Shown: piece by piece, positions 1 through 8,076 of the stretch | Layout: each line of letters starts with the position of its first letter | Position numbering within the stretch: position 1 is the first letter of the stretch | DNA from: a virus | IMG/VR virus record: IMGVR_UViG_3300044510_000078 | Direction: 5' to 3' (one strand) | Length of the DNA: 64,000 nt | Made by a program: the position numbers and the translations under genes | Notes under the pieces: generated by a model | Told to the model about the DNA's origin: nothing | The model's input: the letters and a program-made list of their open reading frames with translations, nothing else | Databases searched by the model: none

Positions 1-556
1 GAAAAATAGCAACAATGACATGAACTAATCCATTCAATGCCCAAACCGTATGAGTATAGGGTCTGTATAGCCACTTATACCACCACTTAGACTGCCTTTC
101 GATAAAGGGACGAATTTTCTTTTGTAATTTTTTAATAGCTTCTTTTCTTGGGCCGCTTTCCATTTTTAGCTCTTTTTCTAAGGTAATTTCGTGAAGTTGC
201 CCCTTCAGGAAGACGGCTTTAAATTCAAGTATAAAATCTTCCTCTTCCCCGTCAATGATAAATATATCTCCGAAATAGATTTCTCCTGTAAAGTCCTCTA
301 TTTTTTCTATTTTTAGGTTTTTAGAATCCACCCTAACTCCAAACGGCGATTCTGAGTCTTTGACGAGAACTCTGTCGTGAATTTCTTTATACAGTCCCGC
401 CTCGGATAATGTATAAATATTCGAAGTTTCCGAGTGGGGAAATCCTGTGCAAATAAATGTATGATTGTCTAATGTTTTTTTGAGGATTTTTCGAGTCTCT
501 TCTGAGACGGGTAAGGGAAGTTCACAGGTTAGTTCGCTGTATGCTTGGAAGTTCAT
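1..556 (-). CDS. hypothetical protein, runs off the left edge (partial)
   Basis: Read manually: ATG at 556, open to position 1 (MNFQAYSELTCELPLPVS...KWWYKWLYRPYTHTVWALNGLVHVIVAIF). Not in the ORF track because no stop codon lies in the window. TTGACT-17-AATGAT upstream. Confidence 0.7.
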   Translation of the reverse strand, partial: MNFQAYSELTCELPLPVSEETRKILKKTLDNHTFICTGFPHSETSNIYTLSEAGLYKEIHDRVLVKDSESPFGVRVDSKNLKIEKIEDFTGEIYFGDIFIIDGEEEDFILEFKAVFLKGQLHEITLEKELKMESGPRKEAIKKLQKKIRPFIERQSKWWYKWLYRPYTHTVWALNGLVHVIVAIF

Positions 557-605
557 TTTGTTCAGCTTATCATTGCGTGACTTTACCCAAAAGTCAAACG
601 AAATA

Positions 606-678
606 TGCTCCATGAGGGAATCGAACCCTACCTTAATCCCTTGAGAGGAGACTGTCCTGACCGATAGACGAATGGAGC
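606..678 (-). tRNA. tRNA-Glu (anticodon CTC), no encoded CCA
   Basis: Minus strand GCTCCAT-TC-GTCTATCGGTCAGGAC-A-GTCTC-CTCTCAA-GGGAT-TAAGG-TAGGG-TTCGATT-CCCTC-ATGGAGC-A: 7-bp acceptor stem, TTCGA T-loop, anticodon loop CT-CTC-AA. Confidence 0.85.
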
Positions 679-718
679 GGGTATATTAATTTAATTTTTA
701 TTTGCATATTTAAAATAA

Positions 719-1105
719 TGGAGGCGGGTGGAGTTGAACCACCGTCCTAAACAAACTATATTAAATATACTACACGTTTAGTTGAGTTTTAACCACTCTC
801 GAAGAATTAAATAAAATTTATCAACAAACATTTCAATTCTTCTATCGCTTGGTCTTAACGAACGTTAAGCGAACTTACGCTCGTCCAGCCTGTGATTACG
901 CCATTTTAACATACAGACTTTTGTTAAATGACGGGTAGCTATTAAGCTACAGCGAGCTTGCGAGAGGCACGGATTACTCCCTTGCCTACCGCAGCGAATA
1001 ATGCTTTTTTATTAGCAGTTATTTTGGTGACTATTTATAAGCGGCCATAGTCTCCGCTACGTGCATACCTAATTTCGTCTATTCAGTCGAAACCATTACG
1101 CCCCC
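719..1105 (-). ncRNA. ssrA: tmRNA (transfer-messenger RNA), 387 nt, tag ANKKALFAAVGKGVIRASRKLAVA
   Basis: 5' GGGGGCGTAATGGTTTCGAC; 3' GACGGTGGTTCAACTCCACCCGCCTCCA; acceptor stem with G3:U alanine determinant; resume context AAAATAACT-GCT-AAT; tag ORF 1016..942 ending TAA TAG. Confidence 0.95.
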
Positions 1106-1113
1106 GAAAAGAA

Positions 1114-1242
1114 CTATTTCTTCACAGCGTCAATAACGCCGTCAATTTTTGCATTAAGTTTCAGATTATTTTTACGCACAAGATAACCCAAAACAAACCC
1201 AATGCTCAAAACTAAAAAATTAATAACAATAAATAATGTCAT
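1114..1242 (-). CDS. 42-aa small membrane protein (N-terminal hydrophobic helix, basic C-terminus)
   Basis: MTLFIVINFLVLSIGFVLGYLVRKNNLKLNAKIDGVIDAVKK; fills the gap between the kinase and tmRNA; AGTGTAAT motif 8 nt upstream of ATG. Confidence 0.6.
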   Translation of the reverse strand: MTLFIVINFLVLSIGFVLGYLVRKNNLKLNAKIDGVIDAVKK

Positions 1243-1250
1243 ATACTTAT

Positions 1251-1258
1251 ATTACACT
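1251..1258 (-). promoter_or_regulatory. AGTGTAAT motif, candidate phage late promoter
   Basis: Same 8-mer recurs in short intergenic gaps at 19027, 48705 and 60585, with variants at 36023 and 62629. Confidence 0.5.
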
Positions 1259-2111
1259 ATTCTTGTGCGTTTGTCAATTCGGGTTTTGTTTGTATTAAAT
1301 CATATTTAGATTCTAGGTCGGCTTTTGTGACTGCAACAACTCCACGATGAGAAACGGCAATAGAGGCGGCAAGGTTTGCTTTAAATAGGGCTTTGGCGAT
1401 GTTTTTGTCTTTTAGGTAAGTTAAAATAAAAGCCGCAAAAAAGGTATCTCCTGCGCCACTCACCTCTCTGACTTCGGAAGCTATACCTTCGCACCAAGCT
1501 GATGTGTCGCCAGTATTTGTGAGCATTTTACATCCCTTTGCTCCTAATGTAATAATCAAATTTTTACAGAATTTTTCTGGTGTGCTATTTGTTTTTAAAT
1601 TATCAGAATATTCTTTTTCATTAATTTTGACAAAATCTATATTTTCTGACCATTTTCCGAGAATTTTTTTAGTGTCCATGAAAACGACCCCACCCGCCTT
1701 GTGACAGGATTCAGAAATTTTATTTATATCTTCTTCTATAAGAAGACCCTTACAATAGTCTGAAAAGATTACAGCGTCATGCTGCATTTCTTCTATAACG
1801 GTTAAGAGGTCTTCTATTTGAAGCCTCGCGCAACTATCGTTTTCGTCAACTCTTATAATTTGTTGTCCGGATTTTTCGTCAACATATCTAATTTTTTTTA
1901 TTGGAGTTTCGTTTTTAACATAGTCTATAACTATTTTTTTTGAATCTCCACCTAAAGACCATAAATTTGCAAAGGTATTCCCAGCCATGCCAGAGTTTGT
2001 TTTTATTTTAATTGGGTTGAAAACTGGAACTGGAGCCTCTGGACAGAGCCTTTTACACTCCCCGTAAATAAAAACGTCTAAACACTCTTCGCCTATTAAA
2101 AGTATTTTCAT
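1257..2111 (-). CDS. rfaE: RfaE/HldE domain-I type D-glycero-D-manno-heptose-7-phosphate kinase (PfkB family)
   Basis: N-terminal LDVFIYGECKRLCPEAPVPV, IFSDYCKG, FMDTKK, KINEKE and PfkB signature VSGAGDT. Confidence 0.85.
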   Translation of the reverse strand: MKILLIGEECLDVFIYGECKRLCPEAPVPVFNPIKIKTNSGMAGNTFANLWSLGGDSKKIVIDYVKNETPIKKIRYVDEKSGQQIIRVDENDSCARLQIEDLLTVIEEMQHDAVIFSDYCKGLLIEEDINKISESCHKAGGVVFMDTKKILGKWSENIDFVKINEKEYSDNLKTNSTPEKFCKNLIITLGAKGCKMLTNTGDTSAWCEGIASEVREVSGAGDTFFAAFILTYLKDKNIAKALFKANLAASIAVSHRGVVAVTKADLESKYDLIQTKPELTNAQE

Positions 2112-2114
2112 TTA

Positions 2115-4238
2115 TTATTGGACGAATGACAGGTCGCATTTATTCCCGGCACAACTAGATTCTTCTAATAAATGAGTTTCGTCGTCAGATTCTTCCAGCT
2201 TAGAGTAATCTACGGTGTGAAAATCTTTCACCAGCTTTTCAAAAAGGACTATTTCTTCTGGAGACGAGACAGTTTCGTTTGGTGCTTGCTTGTATTTTTT
2301 TTCTCCGTCATCGGGGAGAAATGACACCGCAGCAAACATATTATTGTTATTAAATATAAAATTTATTACGTCCACCCATTCAGAATCTTTTACGATAACC
2401 GTGCAGGACACGTTATGGGTTATGTCTTTTTTATTTGTTGATGTTGTGCCGGGAAGCACCCAGTTTTCTTGCGTAGATTTTATAATTTCAAGGTGTTGAA
2501 TTGCAGTCAGGTCTTTTTTAACTAAACATCCTTTCGGGTTTTGAACTGGAAAGGTGATAACGTCTGTAGCTTTATTTTGACACCAAACGCTTTCTTCACA
2601 AACGTCTGGATTATACATTTTGAAGAATTTATAAACGTTTTCGTCTTTATTTGCTTGAATTCTTAGCAATTGCTTCTCAGAATGGACTGGGTGTATTCCA
2701 GACGCCAAGCTTCCAAGAGCCTTTGTTCCTGTTCCCTCTGGTTTAACGCAAGTAACGCGGGCGGCAGGATTTATTCCTAGAATTTTCGCCCAACGTATGT
2801 TGGTGTTTACAGCTAATTCTGCCATTTCTTTTTGAATTTGGGGATTTAATAAAAGTTCCCTGTTGGCCATGATTCCCGTCATTGACACTCCAAGGAGCGA
2901 TTCTTCTTCTGTAAGTTCTTTCGACGCCTTTGTTAGATATGGAAAATTAGTATATGACGCCTGTAACGTTCCAATAATAACCTGAGCTGTAATTGCTTCC
3001 TTCAGCAGTTCTAGGCTTTTGATTTTTTGCCCGTTGAGAGTGGTTAGATTACAAAACTGAACTCCGCACCGGCCATCTTTAGTAATTGGAATAAATCCTA
3101 TTTCTCCACATGGATTAAAGAGCGCATATTCGTCATTAGCCCAAATAAAGCCGGGTTCTCCAAACATTTTGGTTCTTTCAATAATCTCCGCAAATTGTTC
3201 TTTTGTCGTTTTTCCCCTAAGTAATAAAACAGAGTTATTGCTTCTTGCCCTTTGTGGTTCGAGTTTTGTCCAATCTACTTGATTGTTTTTCTTTAAGCTT
3301 TCTACTTCCCAATCGCTAATAGTTATATAATGTCTTTGGCCTTTGTAATTGACCCATATTTCATTTTTATTTTCTTCTGTTTTGTGTGGAACGCCATGTT
3401 TTTCAATCCGTAGCATGGTTTTTGAATTAATCATTTCCTCGTCGTCCTGTTGAAAGATTGCTATGGTCGCAGACCTTCTCACTCCGCCAGACAATACTGC
3501 GTCTGCCGCGTGCATTAAAATGTCATATATGTCAATGTGTTTTAATCTGGTTTGTCCATTATTTTCAATTATATAATCAAGAAGGTTTTTAATTTTCACA
3601 TGAGCATTTTTAAGCCCCTTGTAACCGGGAGCTTTTCCACCTCCAGTTTTTAGCTTGGTCCCCTTTTTTCTGATTTTAGAATAATCAAAAACAATTTTTC
3701 TTCCAGTTAGAGCTGTGTTTTTACAATAACAATTTAAAAGAGCTTCTAAAGAATCTGCCCAGCCTTCTATGGTGTCCTCAATAACATATGTAATCACGGT
3801 GCCAGTTTTATCTTGGGCTCCAACTAAGTCTGGAATTCTGGCGCTTAAATTCTTATGAAGACCAATGCCTACACCGCAGCCGCATAATAATAAAAAGAAA
3901 ACTTCAGAAAAGGCCCGAATAGAATCAACGTGTCTAACAGAACAATTGTAGATTCTTTCGTTCTTAGCTTCAATTGCCTTTCCTCCAAATTGCATAGAAC
4001 GCATTGACGGGCAAACTATTTTTTCTCTTACGAGGTCAAAGGAAGCATGAATTTGTTTTTTTTCTTCTTCTGGCAGGTGACTGAAGCGCTTCAAATGCAT
4101 TAGCTCGACACGCTTCACGGCCTCTTCCCAAGTCTCTCTTCGTTTTAGTTTTTCGTTGTATCTTGCGTATTTGCTGGTAAATACGTAATTTGAAATTTCC
4201 GAAAAAATATCCACATCCTTCGTTGCGCTTTTGTCCAT
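2115..4238 (-). CDS. nrdJ: class II (adenosylcobalamin-dependent) ribonucleotide reductase, monomeric RTPR type
   Basis: PSMRSMQFGG, IYNCS, GCGVG, VLSGGVRRSA, SNNS, NPCGEI (thiyl-radical Cys), QFCNL, TCVKPEGTG and C-terminal CAGNKC redox pair; no small-subunit gene nearby. Confidence 0.93.
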   Translation of the reverse strand: MDKSATKDVDIFSEISNYVFTSKYARYNEKLKRRETWEEAVKRVELMHLKRFSHLPEEEKKQIHASFDLVREKIVCPSMRSMQFGGKAIEAKNERIYNCSVRHVDSIRAFSEVFFLLLCGCGVGIGLHKNLSARIPDLVGAQDKTGTVITYVIEDTIEGWADSLEALLNCYCKNTALTGRKIVFDYSKIRKKGTKLKTGGGKAPGYKGLKNAHVKIKNLLDYIIENNGQTRLKHIDIYDILMHAADAVLSGGVRRSATIAIFQQDDEEMINSKTMLRIEKHGVPHKTEENKNEIWVNYKGQRHYITISDWEVESLKKNNQVDWTKLEPQRARSNNSVLLLRGKTTKEQFAEIIERTKMFGEPGFIWANDEYALFNPCGEIGFIPITKDGRCGVQFCNLTTLNGQKIKSLELLKEAITAQVIIGTLQASYTNFPYLTKASKELTEEESLLGVSMTGIMANRELLLNPQIQKEMAELAVNTNIRWAKILGINPAARVTCVKPEGTGTKALGSLASGIHPVHSEKQLLRIQANKDENVYKFFKMYNPDVCEESVWCQNKATDVITFPVQNPKGCLVKKDLTAIQHLEIIKSTQENWVLPGTTSTNKKDITHNVSCTVIVKDSEWVDVINFIFNNNNMFAAVSFLPDDGEKKYKQAPNETVSSPEEIVLFEKLVKDFHTVDYSKLEESDDETHLLEESSCAGNKCDLSFVQ

Positions 4239-4335
4239 AACATCTGTAGTATTGTATATTACAGTGGCTTTGCTGCAAAGGAAAGTTAAAACCTAAAAAA
4301 TATTTTTTTTGCTAAAATTGAAAATTACAAGTGTA

Positions 4336-4821
4336 TTAAGCCCTCAAAAAAACCTCATCAAATTTACAAAAATCTACGCTCTTAACTCTGAGGGTTTCTT
4401 TTATTTTGGGAATAATGTCGGTATTTTGATTTTGGATAAAAAAAGCCTTGTAATATTCATTCGCAAGCTCTTTTCTTTTATCTTGGCGACAATTACATCC
4501 CATATAAATAGCGTCTCTAGCCTTGACGAGCGAATCAAGAGCCTCTTTTTGGGGGGGTAAAAACGCTTCTTTCTCTGAAAAATACCAAGAACAAAAATGC
4601 TCTAAGTCTTTAAATATAAACGCGCCTTCATCTTCTTTTTGTTTTTCTTCTAGCCCGTAGTGAAGGTCGAGCGTCCTTTTAATTACTTCTGGAGGGACCG
4701 GCTTTGCTTCTGCGTCTTCTTTATCTTGCGAGCCTTCTGTTATCTGGGCTGTTGCCGAAAAATTCGACGAGGTCCAAAAGTTTTTTTGTTTTTCAATTCT
4801 ATTTTTTATTATTTGGTTCAT
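4336..4821 (-). CDS. hypothetical protein (C-terminal CNC, helical)
   Basis: 161-aa ORF in operon-like arrangement; no recognised family. Confidence 0.6.
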   Translation of the reverse strand: MNQIIKNRIEKQKNFWTSSNFSATAQITEGSQDKEDAEAKPVPPEVIKRTLDLHYGLEEKQKEDEGAFIFKDLEHFCSWYFSEKEAFLPPQKEALDSLVKARDAIYMGCNCRQDKRKELANEYYKAFFIQNQNTDIIPKIKETLRVKSVDFCKFDEVFLRA

Positions 4822-5167
4822 TTGCCAATCTTATTAAAATAAAATACAAAACCCAAGAAATGAAAATACTGACCCCAAAACCTAAATCTATCTTTCCACC
4901 AAAAACAAGTTTCCCAAAAAAATTAAAACAAAATCCTAGCCACGTTCCTAAACAAATAGGGCAGGTTAAGAGATTGGTGAAAAAATTAGCATAACGAGTA
5001 TGGAGATAGTCTAAAAAGAAAAATTTATTACTTTCATTAAATTTTTTGAAATCTTTTATGATTTGAAATTTAAAAAGAAAATCTAAATATTCAAACACCG
5101 CATTGGTATTTAAAATAATATAAACCACCACAGCGGACAAAACTCCAGCTTGAATATCTGTTATCAT
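4799..5167 (-). CDS. membrane protein with L-T-C-P-x-C-x-x-x-W motif (DUF1360-like)
   Basis: Hydrophobic segments at both ends plus LLTCPICLGTW. Confidence 0.55.
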   Translation of the reverse strand: MITDIQAGVLSAVVVYIILNTNAVFEYLDFLFKFQIIKDFKKFNESNKFFFLDYLHTRYANFFTNLLTCPICLGTWLGFCFNFFGKLVFGGKIDLGFGVSIFISWVLYFILIRLANEPNNKK

Positions 5168-5179
5168 GGTTATATTAAT

Positions 5180-5287
5180 TTAATATCCTTTAATTTTCCA
5201 CCAAATATTTCTTTCTCCGCTAAATAGCTGACGGACAAAGATAAAGGAAAAAATTCCCACCAAAATGAATAAAAGAATAACTCCCAT
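5180..5287 (-). CDS. 35-aa small membrane protein
   Basis: MGVILLFILVGIFSFIFVRQLFSGERNIWWKIKGY, directly downstream of a good sigma70 promoter; read manually. Confidence 0.5.
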   Translation of the reverse strand: MGVILLFILVGIFSFIFVRQLFSGERNIWWKIKGY

Positions 5288-5298
5288 AATAGTCCACT

Positions 5299-5327
5299 AT
5301 TTTAGCACAGCGGTCTTCATCAGTCAA
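5299..5327 (-). promoter_or_regulatory. sigma70-type promoter (leftward)
   Basis: TTGACT-17 bp-TAAAAT with extended TGn. Confidence 0.7.
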
Positions 5328-5337
5328 GAAATTTGAT

Positions 5338-5366
5338 TTGACAAACGCATGAAGTTTTGCTACTAT
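5338..5366 (+). promoter_or_regulatory. sigma70-type promoter (rightward), back-to-back with 5299-5327
   Basis: TTGACA-17 bp-TACTAT with extended TGn. Confidence 0.75.
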
Positions 5367-5373
5367 GATAGAA

Positions 5374-5741
5374 ATGGTATCCAATCCATTTTTGACTGCC
5401 GGGAAAAAACGGCAAGTTTTCTTGAGCTATTCCATCGAGGACGTGCTGGTGCCATCAGACATAGCGAAAAGTTGGCTTTCTGTAAATAAAACAGAAATAA
5501 CAAAAAGGTGTGAATAAAAATCACAAGTTACCCGCTGCGATGCTTTAAAAGGCATGGATAAAGATTCGTAATGAAGTTCTAGCGCCCTTCTTCGACCACT
5601 GGCAACAATGGTAGAGTCTTCCTGAAAAGGTGTATATCGTCGTGTTTTGGCTGTGACACATAAAATCTTTCAGCCCTCAAGAAATTTTGCATATACTTTT
5701 TTATCCTCTTAGAGAGATTTTGTAAATCTTTCTAGGGGATA
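5374..5741 (+). ncRNA. candidate structured non-coding RNA or long structured leader (~370 nt)
   Basis: Long-range 15-nt helix 5412-5426/5676-5690, several internal hairpins with A-rich loops, and an 18-bp hairpin 5702-5741. Follows a consensus promoter and matches no family I recognise. Confidence 0.45.
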
Positions 5742-5779
5742 TGCGTCTCATATTTGGCTAAGAAATTTCACATATTCAC

Positions 5780-6409
5780 ATGATGACTGATTCAAAAAAC
5801 ACACACTGCTCGCTCCTCGGTTTAACGGGTTTAGCTGGGGCTGGTAAAGACCTTTTGTTTAGCGAGATAGCGAAATTCACCACCGCTAAACGACTTGCGT
5901 TGGCCGACAATCTTAAAATGGAAATGCAAGAATATCTCTTGAAGTGTTTTGGGATAGATATTTTACACGCGACAAGAGAGCAGAAGGAGTCTGTGAGGGA
6001 TTTACTTGTTGCTCATGGGAAAGTCCGCCGCAAAATTTCAAAAGGGAGGTATTGGACTAGCTTGATTACTAAAGAGACAATAAAATACCGCAAAGAATGC
6101 TTAACAGTTATAACAGATATACGATACGCAAAATATCCCGAAGACGAACACTTCTGGCTTAAAAAAATGGGAGGAAAGCTCATTCATCTTAAAAAATTCA
6201 TCATAAATGAAAACGAAGACCTTATCCCATTAAAATACCCAAATATAGATGAAGCTGAAAACGACCCAATTTTACTCTCTTTATCTGATTACCAGATTGA
6301 ATGGCCAGATATGCAGACCTGTCCAATTCAATATAAAACAAAATATGAAGAAAAATACCAAAAAGAACTTGAAAAATTCTTCTACTGGCTCAAATTCGGC
6401 TCAAAATGA
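5780..6409 (+). CDS. deoxynucleoside monophosphate kinase (phage dNMP kinase family)
   Basis: P-loop GLTGLAGAGKD, ALADNLK, RDLLVAHG, VITDIRY. Confidence 0.8.
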   Translation: MMTDSKNTHCSLLGLTGLAGAGKDLLFSEIAKFTTAKRLALADNLKMEMQEYLLKCFGIDILHATREQKESVRDLLVAHGKVRRKISKGRYWTSLITKETIKYRKECLTVITDIRYAKYPEDEHFWLKKMGGKLIHLKKFIINENEDLIPLKYPNIDEAENDPILLSLSDYQIEWPDMQTCPIQYKTKYEEKYQKELEKFFYWLKFGSK

Positions 6410-6983
6410 ATCAGACTTAAAACTTGTTCTTGCCGTTAAGAACGACCAGTGCGAAAAGAGTTTTTTAGAGTTATCTGAAAAATATTCAAACGTCTTTTAT
6501 AAGATATGCCAAAAATATACCCCCGCCCTAGTAGTGTCTGGCGTATGTCCAGACGATATTTACAAGGAAAAAACATTTATTCTTTATAAATGCGCTCTCT
6601 CTTTTGACCCGTCAAGAAATACAAAATTTTCCACTTGGCTAGGGAACTATGCAAGATATATATGCTTGCACGCAATTAATGCAAAAAAATTTATTCTACC
6701 CTCTACAGATGAAGAAATTTCTCAATTTATTGAAGATAAACAGCAACAAATTAATTACAATTTTTCAAAGAGGGAGGAAGACTACGAGCTTGTGACCTCT
6801 TTGTTATCAAAAATAAACGACGAACGCTTTAGAAAAGTATTAACGCTCAGATACTTAGCTGACACAAAGAAAACTTGGAAACAAATTGCAGAAGATATGG
6901 ATGTTTCAGTCCAAACAGTTATAACAATTCACAACAGAGCTTTACAGTTTTTAAAAAACAAAATAATAAAACTTGAAAAATAA
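6345..6983 (+). CDS. RNA polymerase sigma factor (sigma70 family, regions 2 and 4 only)
   Basis: Region 2 SFDPSRNTKFSTWLGNYARY; region 4 HTH VLTLRY...TWKQIAEDMDVSVQTVITIHNRALQFLK. Start moved to the internal ATG at 6345; the ORF track starts at 6249. Confidence 0.85.
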   Translation: MKKNTKKNLKNSSTGSNSAQNESDLKLVLAVKNDQCEKSFLELSEKYSNVFYKICQKYTPALVVSGVCPDDIYKEKTFILYKCALSFDPSRNTKFSTWLGNYARYICLHAINAKKFILPSTDEEISQFIEDKQQQINYNFSKREEDYELVTSLLSKINDERFRKVLTLRYLADTKKTWKQIAEDMDVSVQTVITIHNRALQFLKNKIIKLEK

Positions 6984-6984
6984 T

Positions 6985-8076
6985 ATGCCAAAATATTTAC
7001 TAAATTTACCAGTAAACGGGGTGTCGTTCGGACAAACATCTATATTGTTACTAAGAACAATTTTCGACAATAAATATGAACAACCAGAGGGACTGTTTCC
7101 TATTGGTAATATTGACCTTTCTACAACAAACTGTCCCCATGATTTTAAACAGTGGATAGATAATTTAATAAAAAAAGCATTTACCAATCACAACAGAGAC
7201 ATTCCGTGTTTTAAATTATGGCACCTTAATCCAGACTCTCTACAATCCGTAAGCGACAGAACCTTACTCATGTCATTTTATGAACTAGACGCTCCCACCC
7301 CATTAGAATTAAATGTAGCGAAAAATAACGAAACCATCTTTACGTCAGAATATACATCTAAAATTTTCCAAAATCATAATATAGAGAGCCAATATATGCC
7401 ACTTGGCTTTGATTCATACCACTTTAGCAGACTAAATAAAAAATACTTTGATGATGGCCGAATCGTTTTTAACGTAGTTGGTAAGTTCGAGAAACGTAAA
7501 CATCACGCAAAAGTTATTTCTGCATGGATAAAAAAATATGGGGGTAATCCAAAATATTTTCTACAATGTGCTGTTTTTAATCCGTTTTTTGAAAACGCAG
7601 ACAAACAATATAAACATATCGTCAACCAACTAACGAGGGGGCAACGCATTTTTAACGTCAACTTCCTCGGACACATGGTTCAAAATTCATTGTATAACGA
7701 CTTTCTAAACTCTGCCGATATTGTTATAGGCATGAGTGGAGGAGAAGGATGGGGTCTTCCAGAGTTTCAGTCCGTAGCAATCGGCAAACATTCGGTTATT
7801 ATGGACGCTCATGGATACAAAGGTTGGGCGACCAAAGAAAATTCAGTTTTAGTTTCTCCGTGCGGGAAAATAGACGCAACTGACGGATTTTTCTTCCAGA
7901 AAGGGGCTATGTCCAACCAAGGGAACATCTTTGACTTTAACGAAGAAGAGTTTCTCTCCGCCTGCGACAAAGCTATTGAGAGGGTAAACTTATCAAGAGT
8001 TAACACAGAGGGATTAAAACTCCAAGAAAAGTTCTCAAAAGAAAAATTCGTAGAAAATATTTTATTAAAGATATGA
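6985..8076 (+). CDS. glycosyltransferase, GT-B fold (family 4-like)
   Basis: FNVVGKFEKRKHH, LNSADIVIGMSGGEGWGLPEFQSVAIGK (E-x7-E type motif). ATG at 6985 preferred to TTG at 6973. Confidence 0.85.
   Translation: MPKYLLNLPVNGVSFGQTSILLLRTIFDNKYEQPEGLFPIGNIDLSTTNCPHDFKQWIDNLIKKAFTNHNRDIPCFKLWHLNPDSLQSVSDRTLLMSFYELDAPTPLELNVAKNNETIFTSEYTSKIFQNHNIESQYMPLGFDSYHFSRLNKKYFDDGRIVFNVVGKFEKRKHHAKVISAWIKKYGGNPKYFLQCAVFNPFFENADKQYKHIVNQLTRGQRIFNVNFLGHMVQNSLYNDFLNSADIVIGMSGGEGWGLPEFQSVAIGKHSVIMDAHGYKGWATKENSVLVSPCGKIDATDGFFFQKGAMSNQGNIFDFNEEEFLSACDKAIERVNLSRVNTEGLKLQEKFSKEKFVENILLKI

Noticed and set aside
4244-4264. LexA or NrdR box at nrdJ
   Set aside because: The spacing is CTGT-N13-ACAG rather than N8, and the match to the NrdR consensus is poor.
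5374-5741. Cobalamin riboswitch (tempting because nrdJ is B12-dependent; GGGAA, CCCGC and CCACTG words are present)
   Set aside because: The words are not in the B12-box arrangement, and the element is transcribed away from nrdJ.
5702-5741. Strong hairpin as an intrinsic terminator
   Set aside because: No U-tract follows it on either strand.
6249-6344. N-terminal extension of the sigma ORF
   Set aside because: It adds a further 96 nt of overlap with the dNMP kinase and carries no sigma-like sequence.
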